This document shows, in pieces, positions 16,629 through 24,509 of a stretch of 64,000 bases of DNA (within the stretch, counting starts at the first letter, position 1; each line of letters starts with the position of its first letter). The stretch comes from a virus. The position numbers were made by a program, and so were the translations under genes. Location of the stretch: positions 1 through 64,000 of the IMG/VR virus record IMGVR_UViG_3300042868_005761; one strand, written 5' to 3'. The notes below the pieces were generated by a model that searched no databases, was not told the DNA's origin, and was given only the letters and a program-made list of their open reading frames with translations.

Positions 16629-17491
16629 TCTTCGGACTGATAGAGATAGGAGTCTACCCTCCGAAGTTAAGAGCACCTGTCCGCGGGACTCGGGGTAGAA
16701 CTCATGTGCTGGATCTCCTAAGGAGGCACATGTTTAAACAGAAGAGGGGACGACCTAGGGTATGTCGTAAAACTACCCGACTTTTTACGGCGATAGTGGG
16801 TTACACTAGTTCTAGTAGTAGGGTGTAAACTCTATTAGAACTACCATGAAGCGCCATCCTTCAAGAGTTTACTAGTACAATCATAAGTGCGCCTGCCGCT
16901 TATGGGAACCTAGTGAGAGTCAGTTAGTTGCTGTGGGTGTATGGGAGCATAGCACGGTGACGAAAGTCTGCCGTGTTTATGCCGCTACCAGCACATATGG
17001 GTCATTGACTCATAACCACGAAACCTGGCTATATAAAAAGGCTGGTTACTGGTTGGAGCCCTGCCACTAGTAATAAGATAGACATGGGCTTCAAATCCTC
17101 TAGAAAAACCATAGGTGAGCCTGCCACTTATTGGGAACCTAGAGGTAGTCAGGGTTGCAAACCTGGCTTTAGCGATGGGCTGGCTGTTAGTGGACCCCTG
17201 CCACTAATGGAGAAAGACGAACATGGGGTGGTGACTAGTTGGAGCCCTGCCGCTAGTAACGAGATAAACATGGGCACTATCGGAACTCCTTTACTCACCC
17301 TCGGGAAGGATAGGTAGATAAGACAAAGAGGTACTCGTCTGTCCTAGCAGATGAGCAGTGCTGCAGCGCTGTAATATATAGGAGTCCCCAAGCCGTTTCT
17401 CGGGTTTGGATTATGGCTTTAGACAGAGGTTTGATCAGTCTGGTGACGCAACGGACCACACGCGGTTATGGGTTCGATTCCCATATGATTG
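16629..17491 (+). ncRNA. candidate large structured ncRNA (or cluster of ncRNAs) with five repeated pseudoknot modules and a 3' T-arm
   Basis: ~860 nt without a credible ORF; many stems with G-U pairs on the + strand, UUCG and GAAA loops; ATGGG-TTCGATT-CCCAT at 17468-17484. Confidence 0.65.
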
Positions 17492-17517
17492 AATTACTTT
17501 TACTAAGAGGTTACAAG

Positions 17518-17682
17518 ATGAGAAATCAGTTTCCTGGAGTATGTTACCGATGCGGCAAGACTGTTCCTGCTAAGGAGGGACACTTTGAACGTCACATCGG
17601 TACTTGGCGAACACAACATGTCGACTGTGCAATCAAGTACAGAGGCACATCTTACAGTCACACTGCTACAAACAAGGAGTAG
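17518..17682 (+). CDS. small Zn-finger-like phage protein
   Basis: CxxC..HxxC; AGAGG upstream. Confidence 0.7.
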   Translation: MRNQFPGVCYRCGKTVPAKEGHFERHIGTWRTQHVDCAIKYRGTSYSHTATNKE

Positions 17683-17685
17683 CAC

Positions 17686-18267
17686 ATGAACAACAAGAAC
17701 ACGATCTTCAATTTCAGCGCTGTCCGCCTTTTCGCAACCGAGATCGCCAAGAGGATGAACCATCTCGGATACGATACGACCTACTCGGTTGCCATGACCG
17801 AGTTCAGTGGCCCGACCATCAGCTCCGCCATCAGGGGCAACACGGAAAAGGAAGGGTACTACATCGTGGAGCACGGGATGTTCCACGACGCACGCAAAGG
17901 CTTCGAGGTCAATTTCACGATTAGCCTCCCCAGTCCCGAAGGCGGATACATCACCGAATGGGTCAGCGCCAAAATCAACAGGATCCGTCTCCGTGACTAC
18001 CTGGAGACCGAGGAGACCCTGTACTCCGTCCCGACTCTGGAAGTGTACTCGGAGCGGTTTGGAGAGACCGCTGCCTTCTACAGTGCAATCCCCACCTTGA
18101 CGAAGCACTTTGACTTCACGGTCAAGAACGTCAAGGCTGACATGGACAGTCTCATCAACCTGTTCTGGGGACAGAAGAGCCTCCTCAGCAAGATTGAAGA
18201 CCCCGACTGTGCCATCGAGGAGTTTAATAACCTCCTGGTTGAGTTGGGAAGTTCTGTCTCGTCCTAG
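17686..18267 (+). CDS. hypothetical protein
   Basis: 193 aa; AAGGAG SD; GC-rich codon usage. Confidence 0.8.
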   Translation: MNNKNTIFNFSAVRLFATEIAKRMNHLGYDTTYSVAMTEFSGPTISSAIRGNTEKEGYYIVEHGMFHDARKGFEVNFTISLPSPEGGYITEWVSAKINRIRLRDYLETEETLYSVPTLEVYSERFGETAAFYSAIPTLTKHFDFTVKNVKADMDSLINLFWGQKSLLSKIEDPDCAIEEFNNLLVELGSSVSS

Positions 18268-18276
18268 TAGTCAACT

Positions 18277-18406
18277 GATTACTAGTAGGTCCACAGCCTG
18301 AAACCTGCCCGTTGGTAGGCTAACCTATCAGATGTCATGTCTGGTAGCCACAAAGGCTGAATCACTTCCTTATGGTAACAGATGGGTTCGAATCCTGTCA
18401 GGAAGA
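18277..18406 (+). ncRNA. candidate small structured RNA with three-way junction and tRNA-like T-arm
   Basis: CAGCCT/AGGCTG closes CCTGCC/GGTAGG and CTATCAGA/TCTGGTAG; then CTTCCT..GATGGG-TTCGAAT-CCTGTC-AGGAAG. Confidence 0.5.
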
Positions 18407-18433
18407 CTTTACCCCCTTATATAGAGGTTTGTC

Positions 18434-18889
18434 ATGGAAAAGCAGTTTGCAATGGAAACGGTTCAGGACATGGATAAGATCCTTGCTATCCTCAAGCCCA
18501 AACTTGAAGATAGTAAGATGAAGTATCACTTCCTCAAAGAAGAGGACACCACCGAGTGGCATTACAAAGACCAACAGGAATACTGGAGAGTCCGTAAGTC
18601 AGTCGTAGACACTTACTTCAACTGCTTGCAGATGAATGAGTGGGCCGGAGATTATCGCCGTTTTCTGGAAACAGGTCTTGATGGATGGACCTCTAGGGAT
18701 CTGTCGAAGGTCGGCAAAGAGATCCTCAACAGATACCTCAACAAAGTAGTTGAGGAAACCTGGTGGGATGCCAATGAGGACCGCCTTATGGGAGAATTCG
18801 AAAGTTCCCGCCAAGGACTCGGCGATGATGACCGCAACTTTGAGTGGTACATCAATCAGCAATACGAGACTTACCTCCACGAACTGTAA
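18434..18889 (+). CDS. hypothetical protein
   Basis: 151 aa; GAGGT SD. Confidence 0.8.
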   Translation: MEKQFAMETVQDMDKILAILKPKLEDSKMKYHFLKEEDTTEWHYKDQQEYWRVRKSVVDTYFNCLQMNEWAGDYRRFLETGLDGWTSRDLSKVGKEILNRYLNKVVEETWWDANEDRLMGEFESSRQGLGDDDRNFEWYINQQYETYLHEL

Positions 18890-18900
18890 CGAGAAAACCA

Positions 18901-19047
18901 ATGAAGCATATCAATCTTAGAGTGTTTGTCGTAAATAAAGGTATTGTTATCAATGAGAAGCATAACAATATCGATACGGCAATGAACCGTGGAGTAGTTC
19001 TCGCAAACAACCTTGGTGGTCGATGGACCATCACTATCAGTAAGTAG
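18901..19047 (+). CDS. small hypothetical protein
   Basis: MKHINLRVFVV...; fills the operon. Confidence 0.55.
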   Translation: MKHINLRVFVVNKGIVINEKHNNIDTAMNRGVVLANNLGGRWTITISK

Positions 19048-19053
19048 GATATA

Positions 19054-19218
19054 ATGAGCAAGAGCTTCAGATTCGACAAGAAAGAACTCAAGAGTTATCA
19101 GCTCCAGAATATGCATAACGCCAACCATGGCGATAAGCGTAAGCAGAACGAGATCGAGGAAACTCGGAAGTTCGATTGGAGAGAAGAGATTGGGAGAAAC
19201 GCGTTAGACCCCCAATAG
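19054..19218 (+). CDS. small hypothetical protein (not in ORF track)
   Basis: AGGA SD; MSKSFRFDKKELKSY..., 54 aa. Confidence 0.6.
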   Translation: MSKSFRFDKKELKSYQLQNMHNANHGDKRKQNEIEETRKFDWREEIGRNALDPQ

Positions 19219-19411
19219 GTAATACTGGTTGATCCTTAAAAGACCAGAGGTTTGGTATCCCAGAAAATCCTGCATAGATCTAGTTCGCTAGGTCTAGAGC
19301 AAAACTGTCCTAGTTCAGAAAATAACTAGGTGGTACGTCTGGTAACCCAGAGCGCAAAGGCCCCTCTCATCTAGCAATAGGCGGGAGGGGCCCCACACTT
19401 TATAAGACTAG

Positions 19412-19439
19412 AGGGGCTATCGCCCCTTCTTTGTTTGGA
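19412..19439 (+). promoter_or_regulatory. hairpin element copy 4
   Basis: AGGGGCTATCGCCCC + 10 nt + GGA; followed by AAGGAGG and GTG at 19460. Confidence 0.6.
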
Positions 19440-19459
19440 ACCAATTCCAAGGAGGAAAA

Positions 19460-19570
19460 GTGGCCGACAAGAGTACGTTTATCTTTGTGATGTTGCTTCT
19501 AGTTACAACAAAACTTCTAATAGATGACTTTAGCAGTATGCTAACAGTATTAGATCTCTTGTTGTGGTAG
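19460..19570 (+). CDS. 36-aa hydrophobic peptide
   Basis: AAGGAGG SD, GTG start. Confidence 0.5.
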   Translation: MADKSTFIFVMLLLVTTKLLIDDFSSMLTVLDLLLW

Positions 19571-19649
19571 AGGTACGATTCCTATTGTTCCTATTAGGTT
19601 TGATGTTTAAGTTCGTCTGGTTGATCAAAATCCTCAATTAGGAGATCCC

Positions 19650-19811
19650 GTGTATAACCCCGATCCGAATCTGTTCAACATTAACTATAGAGACGCAGAC
19701 AACATCAGTTATCTAGTTGCAAGACTTGAACTGACATGGGGCTCTGAGCGTATCAATACACTTATGAAAGCAGCCAGAACTATTCTGGATAACCAAGAGA
19801 AGGAGAACTAA
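19650..19811 (+). CDS. small hypothetical protein
   Basis: AGGAG SD, GTG start, TAATG coupling to the next ORF. Confidence 0.55.
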   Translation: MYNPDPNLFNINYRDADNISYLVARLELTWGSERINTLMKAARTILDNQEKEN

Positions 19812-19963
19812 TGCGAAACATTCTGATGAGTAGTGTGTCTTTTAGTATGAGCCATGCCAATGGAACTGCAAGCATTGTGGTTCCTGTCTGGTATACAATC
19901 CTGTATTTCTGTGCCAGCATGTTTTGGCCAGTAGTTGCAGCATGGGCCCTGTGTAGCCGCTAG
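19811..19963 (+). CDS. small membrane protein
   Basis: AAGGAG SD; hydrophobic C-terminal half; stop abuts hairpin copy 5. Confidence 0.5.
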   Translation: MRNILMSSVSFSMSHANGTASIVVPVWYTILYFCASMFWPVVAAWALCSR

Positions 19964-19991
19964 AGGGGCTATCGCCCCTTTCTTGTGTGAA
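19964..19991 (+). promoter_or_regulatory. hairpin element copy 5
   Basis: AGGGGCTATCGCCCC + 10 nt + GAA; upstream of the second SSB. Confidence 0.6.
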
Positions 19992-20043
19992 ATTAATTAA
20001 TATTAGTAACCAATTGTCCGTAGAAAAACGGAAAGGAGATAGA

Positions 20044-20433
20044 ATGCAAGATCTTAATGAAGTTAGAGTTCGTGGTCGTCTTACTAAGAGCCCTGAGTTG
20101 AGCAGTTCCGAGTCCGCACAGTCCCGTGCCGTTCTCAATGTCTGCACCAACTACCGTTACACCAACGCCAAGGGTGAGAAGGTTTCCAAGCCTTCATACC
20201 ATCGCGTCGTTGTCTTTGGTCCCAATGCTGAGAATGCTTCCAAGTATCTCGGTAAAGGTCATCAGGTAGAAATCGATGGTCGCAGTGAAACTCGTGAGTA
20301 CAAGACAGAGACGGGAGACCGCCGCTGGATCACGGAGATCATCGCAGATGTAGTTCGGTACGGTGAAGCCCCTAAGAAGGCAGAGTCGTCAGAGCCTGTC
20401 ATCGAAACTGTAACGGACATTGATCCGTTCTAA
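20044..20433 (+). CDS. ssb: single-stranded DNA-binding protein (second copy)
   Basis: LNEV.V.GRLTK.PEL, HRVVVFG..AE.ASKYL.KG, TEIIAD; C-terminal DIDPF. Confidence 0.92.
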   Translation: MQDLNEVRVRGRLTKSPELSSSESAQSRAVLNVCTNYRYTNAKGEKVSKPSYHRVVVFGPNAENASKYLGKGHQVEIDGRSETREYKTETGDRRWITEIIADVVRYGEAPKKAESSEPVIETVTDIDPF

Positions 20434-20461
20434 CCAACTACTAGGGTAAAACCTAGGCTGC

Positions 20462-20536
20462 GTGCCCGTAGCACAGTTGGATAGTTGCAACGGCCTTCTA
20501 AGCCGTAGGTCACTGGTTCAAGTCCAGTCGGGCACA
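20462..20536 (+). tRNA. tRNA-Arg(UCU)
   Basis: GTGCCCG/CGGGCAC acceptor stem; ACGGC-CTTCTAA-GCCGT; GGTTCAAGTCC. Confidence 0.93.
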
Positions 20537-20580
20537 CTGTTAAAACATTAACGCTCTATTTCAGAGCCAACAAAAGAGGT

Positions 20581-20907
20581 GTGAGAATGAAGATTCCGTT
20601 TACGTGTAGTGGGACAATCAAGATCGGCAACACCGCTGGACCTGTCACGGCTCGAGTTACTACTGAGCGTGGAAGTTTTGTGGTTACCCGATGCAAGATC
20701 ATGAATGGATCCGAAGCAGGTGCAGACGCAGAGGTCTGGGCCCCAGGAGAGATTGGTGCTGATGGCTTTAGCCTGAGCTTCAAGGATCTTCCTGTATTTC
20801 TTAAGCGTCACAACAAGGGCGCTGACGGCAAGCCGATGTATCCAGGCTACCGTTCAATCCAGATTCACGCACCTAATGCAGGTGCCTTTCGTCGAGTGGA
20901 GGGTTAA
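20581..20907 (+). CDS. hypothetical protein
   Basis: 108-aa ORF, GAGGTG SD (start possibly 20587). Confidence 0.75.
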   Translation: MRMKIPFTCSGTIKIGNTAGPVTARVTTERGSFVVTRCKIMNGSEAGADAEVWAPGEIGADGFSLSFKDLPVFLKRHNKGADGKPMYPGYRSIQIHAPNAGAFRRVEG

Positions 20908-21273
20908 ATGGCTGATATCGGTGGTGATCAAGCAGTTACACTTGGGACTAAGGTTGCAAGTGCTGGTGCAGCGGGCGCTCTCTGGGGTCTCTTCGCTACG
21001 GCGTTCCTTTTGATTCCTGCCCTTATCGGCGGTATCCTGTTTCCCTTCGCTAAGAAGGCACAGGGCGCGCTGAACAACAAGGTGCAGCAGATCAATTCGA
21101 ATGCCAAGGAAGAGCCTCGGCAGATGTCTAAGCAGCAGAGGGAGTACCAGCGCAAGTTGGACGCTCTCAATGCTGAGCGGGAAGAGATGGAGCTTCAGGC
21201 AAGGCTAGAGGCACTTAGCCAGAAGAAGCGCAAGGCAAAGGGCAATAGTTCCAGGACCAGCGCTACCATCTAA
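20908..21273 (+). CDS. membrane protein with coiled-coil tail
   Basis: hydrophobic N-terminal half; GGAGG SD. Confidence 0.75.
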   Translation: MADIGGDQAVTLGTKVASAGAAGALWGLFATAFLLIPALIGGILFPFAKKAQGALNNKVQQINSNAKEEPRQMSKQQREYQRKLDALNAEREEMELQARLEALSQKKRKAKGNSSRTSATI

Positions 21274-21360
21274 TCCTCGTGGGGGCCAACACCTGAGAGA
21301 CTTTAGGGTCTCAAGGGTGTTGAGCTCCTGCGGGATTCCTGCAACAAAGGATGCTGGCAA

Positions 21361-21591
21361 AAAAGAGGCCGGAGATTACTTTGGCAGGTTTTGCCCTATA
21401 GGGGTATATAACGAGTAAAAAGAGTTTAAACTTAAAAGGGTCAAAAGAGGCCGGAGTTACCCGCGAGCCTATATAGGGATATATAAAAGATATATACTTA
21501 TTGGAGAAGCGGGGTAGGTATCATGCAGGGTATAAAGCAGGTATGATGCAGGTATTATGCAGGTATACGGTAGGTATCATGCAGGGTCTGT
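21361..21591. repeat. direct-repeat block (two 14-bp repeats plus seven ~11-bp G[C/T]AGG(G)TAT units)
   Basis: AAAAGAGGCCGGAG at 21361 and 21443; tandem units 21514-21591. Confidence 0.85.
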
Positions 21592-21673
21592 AGAGCATGA
21601 CATGCCTTTTGATCTTTTTAAGTCTTCTCTCTCCTATTGAGATCTTCTCTTTAATCATGTAGAGGTTTACTAG

Positions 21674-23083
21674 ATGTATGACTTTAATGCGTTTGTTGAG
21701 GATAAGCACTACTTGTGGACTAATATGATTAGTCGTCTTGATATTAAGATGAGGAATATGCCGCGCCATTACAGTAGAAAGAGTAAGAGTGGCGCTTTTA
21801 AGACAAGTAGTAAGTGGCACTATATTAAGCCTATGATGTCTCGGCACAAGACTATTATTAACTTGGTTGCCGGCCTTGGCTACTGGCATAAGGACAGGCA
21901 AGATAGACTTGATTTGGCTATCACTACTATCTCTGCTTGTCATCAGACTAGTGAGATGAGTAAGGATCCTCGTTGTTCCTTCCTTAGGGAGTCTAATGAT
22001 CTTGTTGATCTTACTTGGGCTCTTAAGGATCTTCATAATGCCCGTACCCCTTGGGAAAAGTTCACTGTAAAGCGGGCTTTTAACACTGGGTATTCCTGCT
22101 TAAAGTACACTGATAGGCGGCTAGTTCTTAATAAGATTCCTCAGTCTATTCGTACTATGAAAGCTTGGGATTCTGTTAAGGTTTGGCCTACTGGTAGTAT
22201 TGATGACGATACGACTTTGTCTCTGATTCAGAATCATCCTATTAATGCAGAATTCATTCAGAGCTACAAGTACCGTACCTTTAGTAATCGGCGGCTTTCC
22301 TGGTTTCATTCTGGTCTTGCTGCAGAGTATGTCCAGTTGATTCCTATTAATCATGCTGAACGTACCAGTAGCGATACTCTTCCTAAGCTACTTGCTGATA
22401 TTGACAAGAATCAAGCTACTCTTTATACAAAGATGAGCAAGGTTAACGATGTTAAGATTCTTGATGGCTGGGTAAACGCTATGAAGGAAGTTCATCCTGC
22501 TAATGTTGGTACTGGTCTTGCAGAGGCTGTAGACAAGTTTATTAAGGATGGTTACCGTATGGGCCTTCCTGGTCTTCGAGCCAGAGATGAGCGTCTTAGT
22601 GCTATTGATTACGAGAATATGAGTGTTCTTGAAATGATCAATGCTAGTGTTAATAATCATAGAATTGCGGCGGAACAGAATCGTCTTGCCTTGCTTAAGT
22701 ATGATGTTAATGTTCCTGACCGTGACATGCCTACTCTTACTTTGCCGGAACATCTTGAGACGATCCGGATCAAGACCTCTAATGAGATGAGAGTTGCGGG
22801 TAGTGACTGTGCACACTGCATTGGTAGTTACTATGATGATAAAAGCCATATGTTTTTCCGTAAAGGAAACGTTTGTGCTATGGTCAGTATGACTAATGGT
22901 CAGATTGTTCAGTGCTTTGACCGGAACAATAAGAAGACTCCAGCTAGTAAGAGCTTCTCTTCTTATCTCAACGCTGAGATTAAGAAGGCTAAGTTGGAGT
23001 ATCCCACTCCTGCCCCAAAGAAAGTTAAATTTGCTATTCCTGCATTCTTGAATGGTCACGAAATGATTGATGCACCCTACTAA
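21674..23083 (+). CDS. PcfJ-like domain protein
   Basis: C-terminal EM..AG..CAHCIGSY..F.R..IVQC...N pattern. Confidence 0.65.
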   Translation: MYDFNAFVEDKHYLWTNMISRLDIKMRNMPRHYSRKSKSGAFKTSSKWHYIKPMMSRHKTIINLVAGLGYWHKDRQDRLDLAITTISACHQTSEMSKDPRCSFLRESNDLVDLTWALKDLHNARTPWEKFTVKRAFNTGYSCLKYTDRRLVLNKIPQSIRTMKAWDSVKVWPTGSIDDDTTLSLIQNHPINAEFIQSYKYRTFSNRRLSWFHSGLAAEYVQLIPINHAERTSSDTLPKLLADIDKNQATLYTKMSKVNDVKILDGWVNAMKEVHPANVGTGLAEAVDKFIKDGYRMGLPGLRARDERLSAIDYENMSVLEMINASVNNHRIAAEQNRLALLKYDVNVPDRDMPTLTLPEHLETIRIKTSNEMRVAGSDCAHCIGSYYDDKSHMFFRKGNVCAMVSMTNGQIVQCFDRNNKKTPASKSFSSYLNAEIKKAKLEYPTPAPKKVKFAIPAFLNGHEMIDAPY

Positions 23084-23096
23084 ATAGGAGAACTAA

Positions 23097-23318
23097 ATGC
23101 CTTACATTGGAGCTACTGTTACTGGCAATGAGAATATTCGTGAGTATCTTAAGAATGAGACCACTGAATTGAACTTTGATGAGGCTTGGCTTAGACAGGC
23201 TGAAACATTTCATCTAGTTCATAGTTCTTTTAGTGATCCTGGAGATGATTGGAATTCTTGGCGTCTTTATAATAAAGATCACGAAGAAATTGCAAGCGTA
23301 ACTCGTTCTGGATATTAA
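23097..23318 (+). CDS. hypothetical protein (tandem paralog 1)
   Basis: similar to the next ORF: TGN.NIR.YL, HSS..D.G..W.SWRLY, terminal GY. Confidence 0.8.
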   Translation: MPYIGATVTGNENIREYLKNETTELNFDEAWLRQAETFHLVHSSFSDPGDDWNSWRLYNKDHEEIASVTRSGY

Positions 23319-23540
23319 ATGCCGTTCTATGGAAATATCATTACTGGTAATGCAAACATTCGGAAGTACCTTATTGATGGTAAATACGAATTGAAATTCT
23401 ATGAACATCAACTCAGTAGAGCTGTTAAGCTTAAGGTAGCTCATAGCTCTCTTAACGACCGTGGAAATGGTTGGAAGTCTTGGCGGCTTTACGATGAGAA
23501 CAACGATAAGATTGGCGATATCACACAATATGGATACTAA
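23319..23540 (+). CDS. hypothetical protein (tandem paralog 2)
   Basis: same length and motifs as the previous ORF. Confidence 0.8.
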   Translation: MPFYGNIITGNANIRKYLIDGKYELKFYEHQLSRAVKLKVAHSSLNDRGNGWKSWRLYDENNDKIGDITQYGY

Positions 23541-23867
23541 ATGGAAATTGAAGCACCTTTCATCTTCTTTATAATCGTTGCTTTTATTTTAATTTGTTTG
23601 CCAATCTAGGCAAAAAGTAAGTAAAACCCTAGGTTTTATGCTAATTTTAAGTATTTTTATTTTGCCCTTAAGTGGCTGAATAGAGATCTTGAAATATGGC
23701 ATAGAACCTAGGGTTTTTTAATTCTGAAAAATACATCAAAAGTATAAGATACTGTAAAGTCTAGTATAATTACACTATGATTTAGGGGTGGATATCTTTA
23801 TCCAGTTCCCTCTATACAGGTGGTGAAAATGTTTTAACAATACTATTTATTTATAGAGGATTTCCTA

Positions 23868-24446
23868 ATGTCAAACTCAACCGATTGCCCTAATTCTTTA
23901 CTTGACTCCATCAACACTAAGCTTGATGATCTCAAGAAAAGTCATGAAAAACATGATAAAGCAATTGATGATCTAAAGACAATAGTCCTTGGATCTTATG
24001 ACGGGAATCCCGGAATAAATATGCGTCTTAGAGACGTAGAAAAAGACTTAGATTCGCTTGCTGAGCTTCAGCGCCAGCAAATAGAAGCAATTAATAAGAC
24101 TATAGAGCTAAACAGAACTGAAAATGAGAAATTACTTACTCGATTTACTATTGATCAGAATGACCGTATAGCTAAAGAAATCGAACGAGTAAAAGTGGAT
24201 ATCCGCACAGAAAAAGAGAAAAAAGACTCAGAAAACCGTGAATGGCTAAATAGAACTATAGTTAGAACAATAATTGGTTTACTTTTTGGTGGATTGATTC
24301 TTGGTTTTGCAAGTTTATTTAAAAATGAAGTAGCAAAAGCTGTTCAACAACAACAAATACAAGATAGAGACACAGGATCCTATTATAAAGATCAAGAGTA
24401 CATAGAAGACTCTCGAATTTATAAGAAGATCTTTTTATTAATTTAA
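23868..24446 (+). CDS. coiled-coil membrane protein
   Basis: coiled coil followed by TM helix TIIGLLFGGLILGFASLF; TATAAT at 23765 upstream. Confidence 0.75.
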   Translation: MSNSTDCPNSLLDSINTKLDDLKKSHEKHDKAIDDLKTIVLGSYDGNPGINMRLRDVEKDLDSLAELQRQQIEAINKTIELNRTENEKLLTRFTIDQNDRIAKEIERVKVDIRTEKEKKDSENREWLNRTIVRTIIGLLFGGLILGFASLFKNEVAKAVQQQQIQDRDTGSYYKDQEYIEDSRIYKKIFLLI

Positions 24447-24509
24447 GGTACTTTTTGATTATTTCTTATTATTAGTTATTATTTGTAATTAATAATAAGG
24501 AGATAATAT

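Noticed and set aside
16868-17275. CRISPR array
   Set aside because: Repeats are degenerate with structural covariation and irregular spacing; no cas genes in the window
17084-17317. 77-aa ORF, and the 17413 extension of the next ORF
   Set aside because: Overlap the RNA modules and lack an SD; the next gene has a good SD-led start at 17518
16629-17491. tmRNA (tandem pseudoknots plus T-arm)
   Set aside because: No GGGG..CCA alanine acceptor stem with G3-U70, no evident tag ORF, and too long
15685-19991. Hairpin motif as plain intrinsic terminators
   Set aside because: Not fully excluded, but exact loop identity, interrupted T tracts and the fixed +11 G(G/A)A are not expected of terminators; the real terminators in the window vary in sequence
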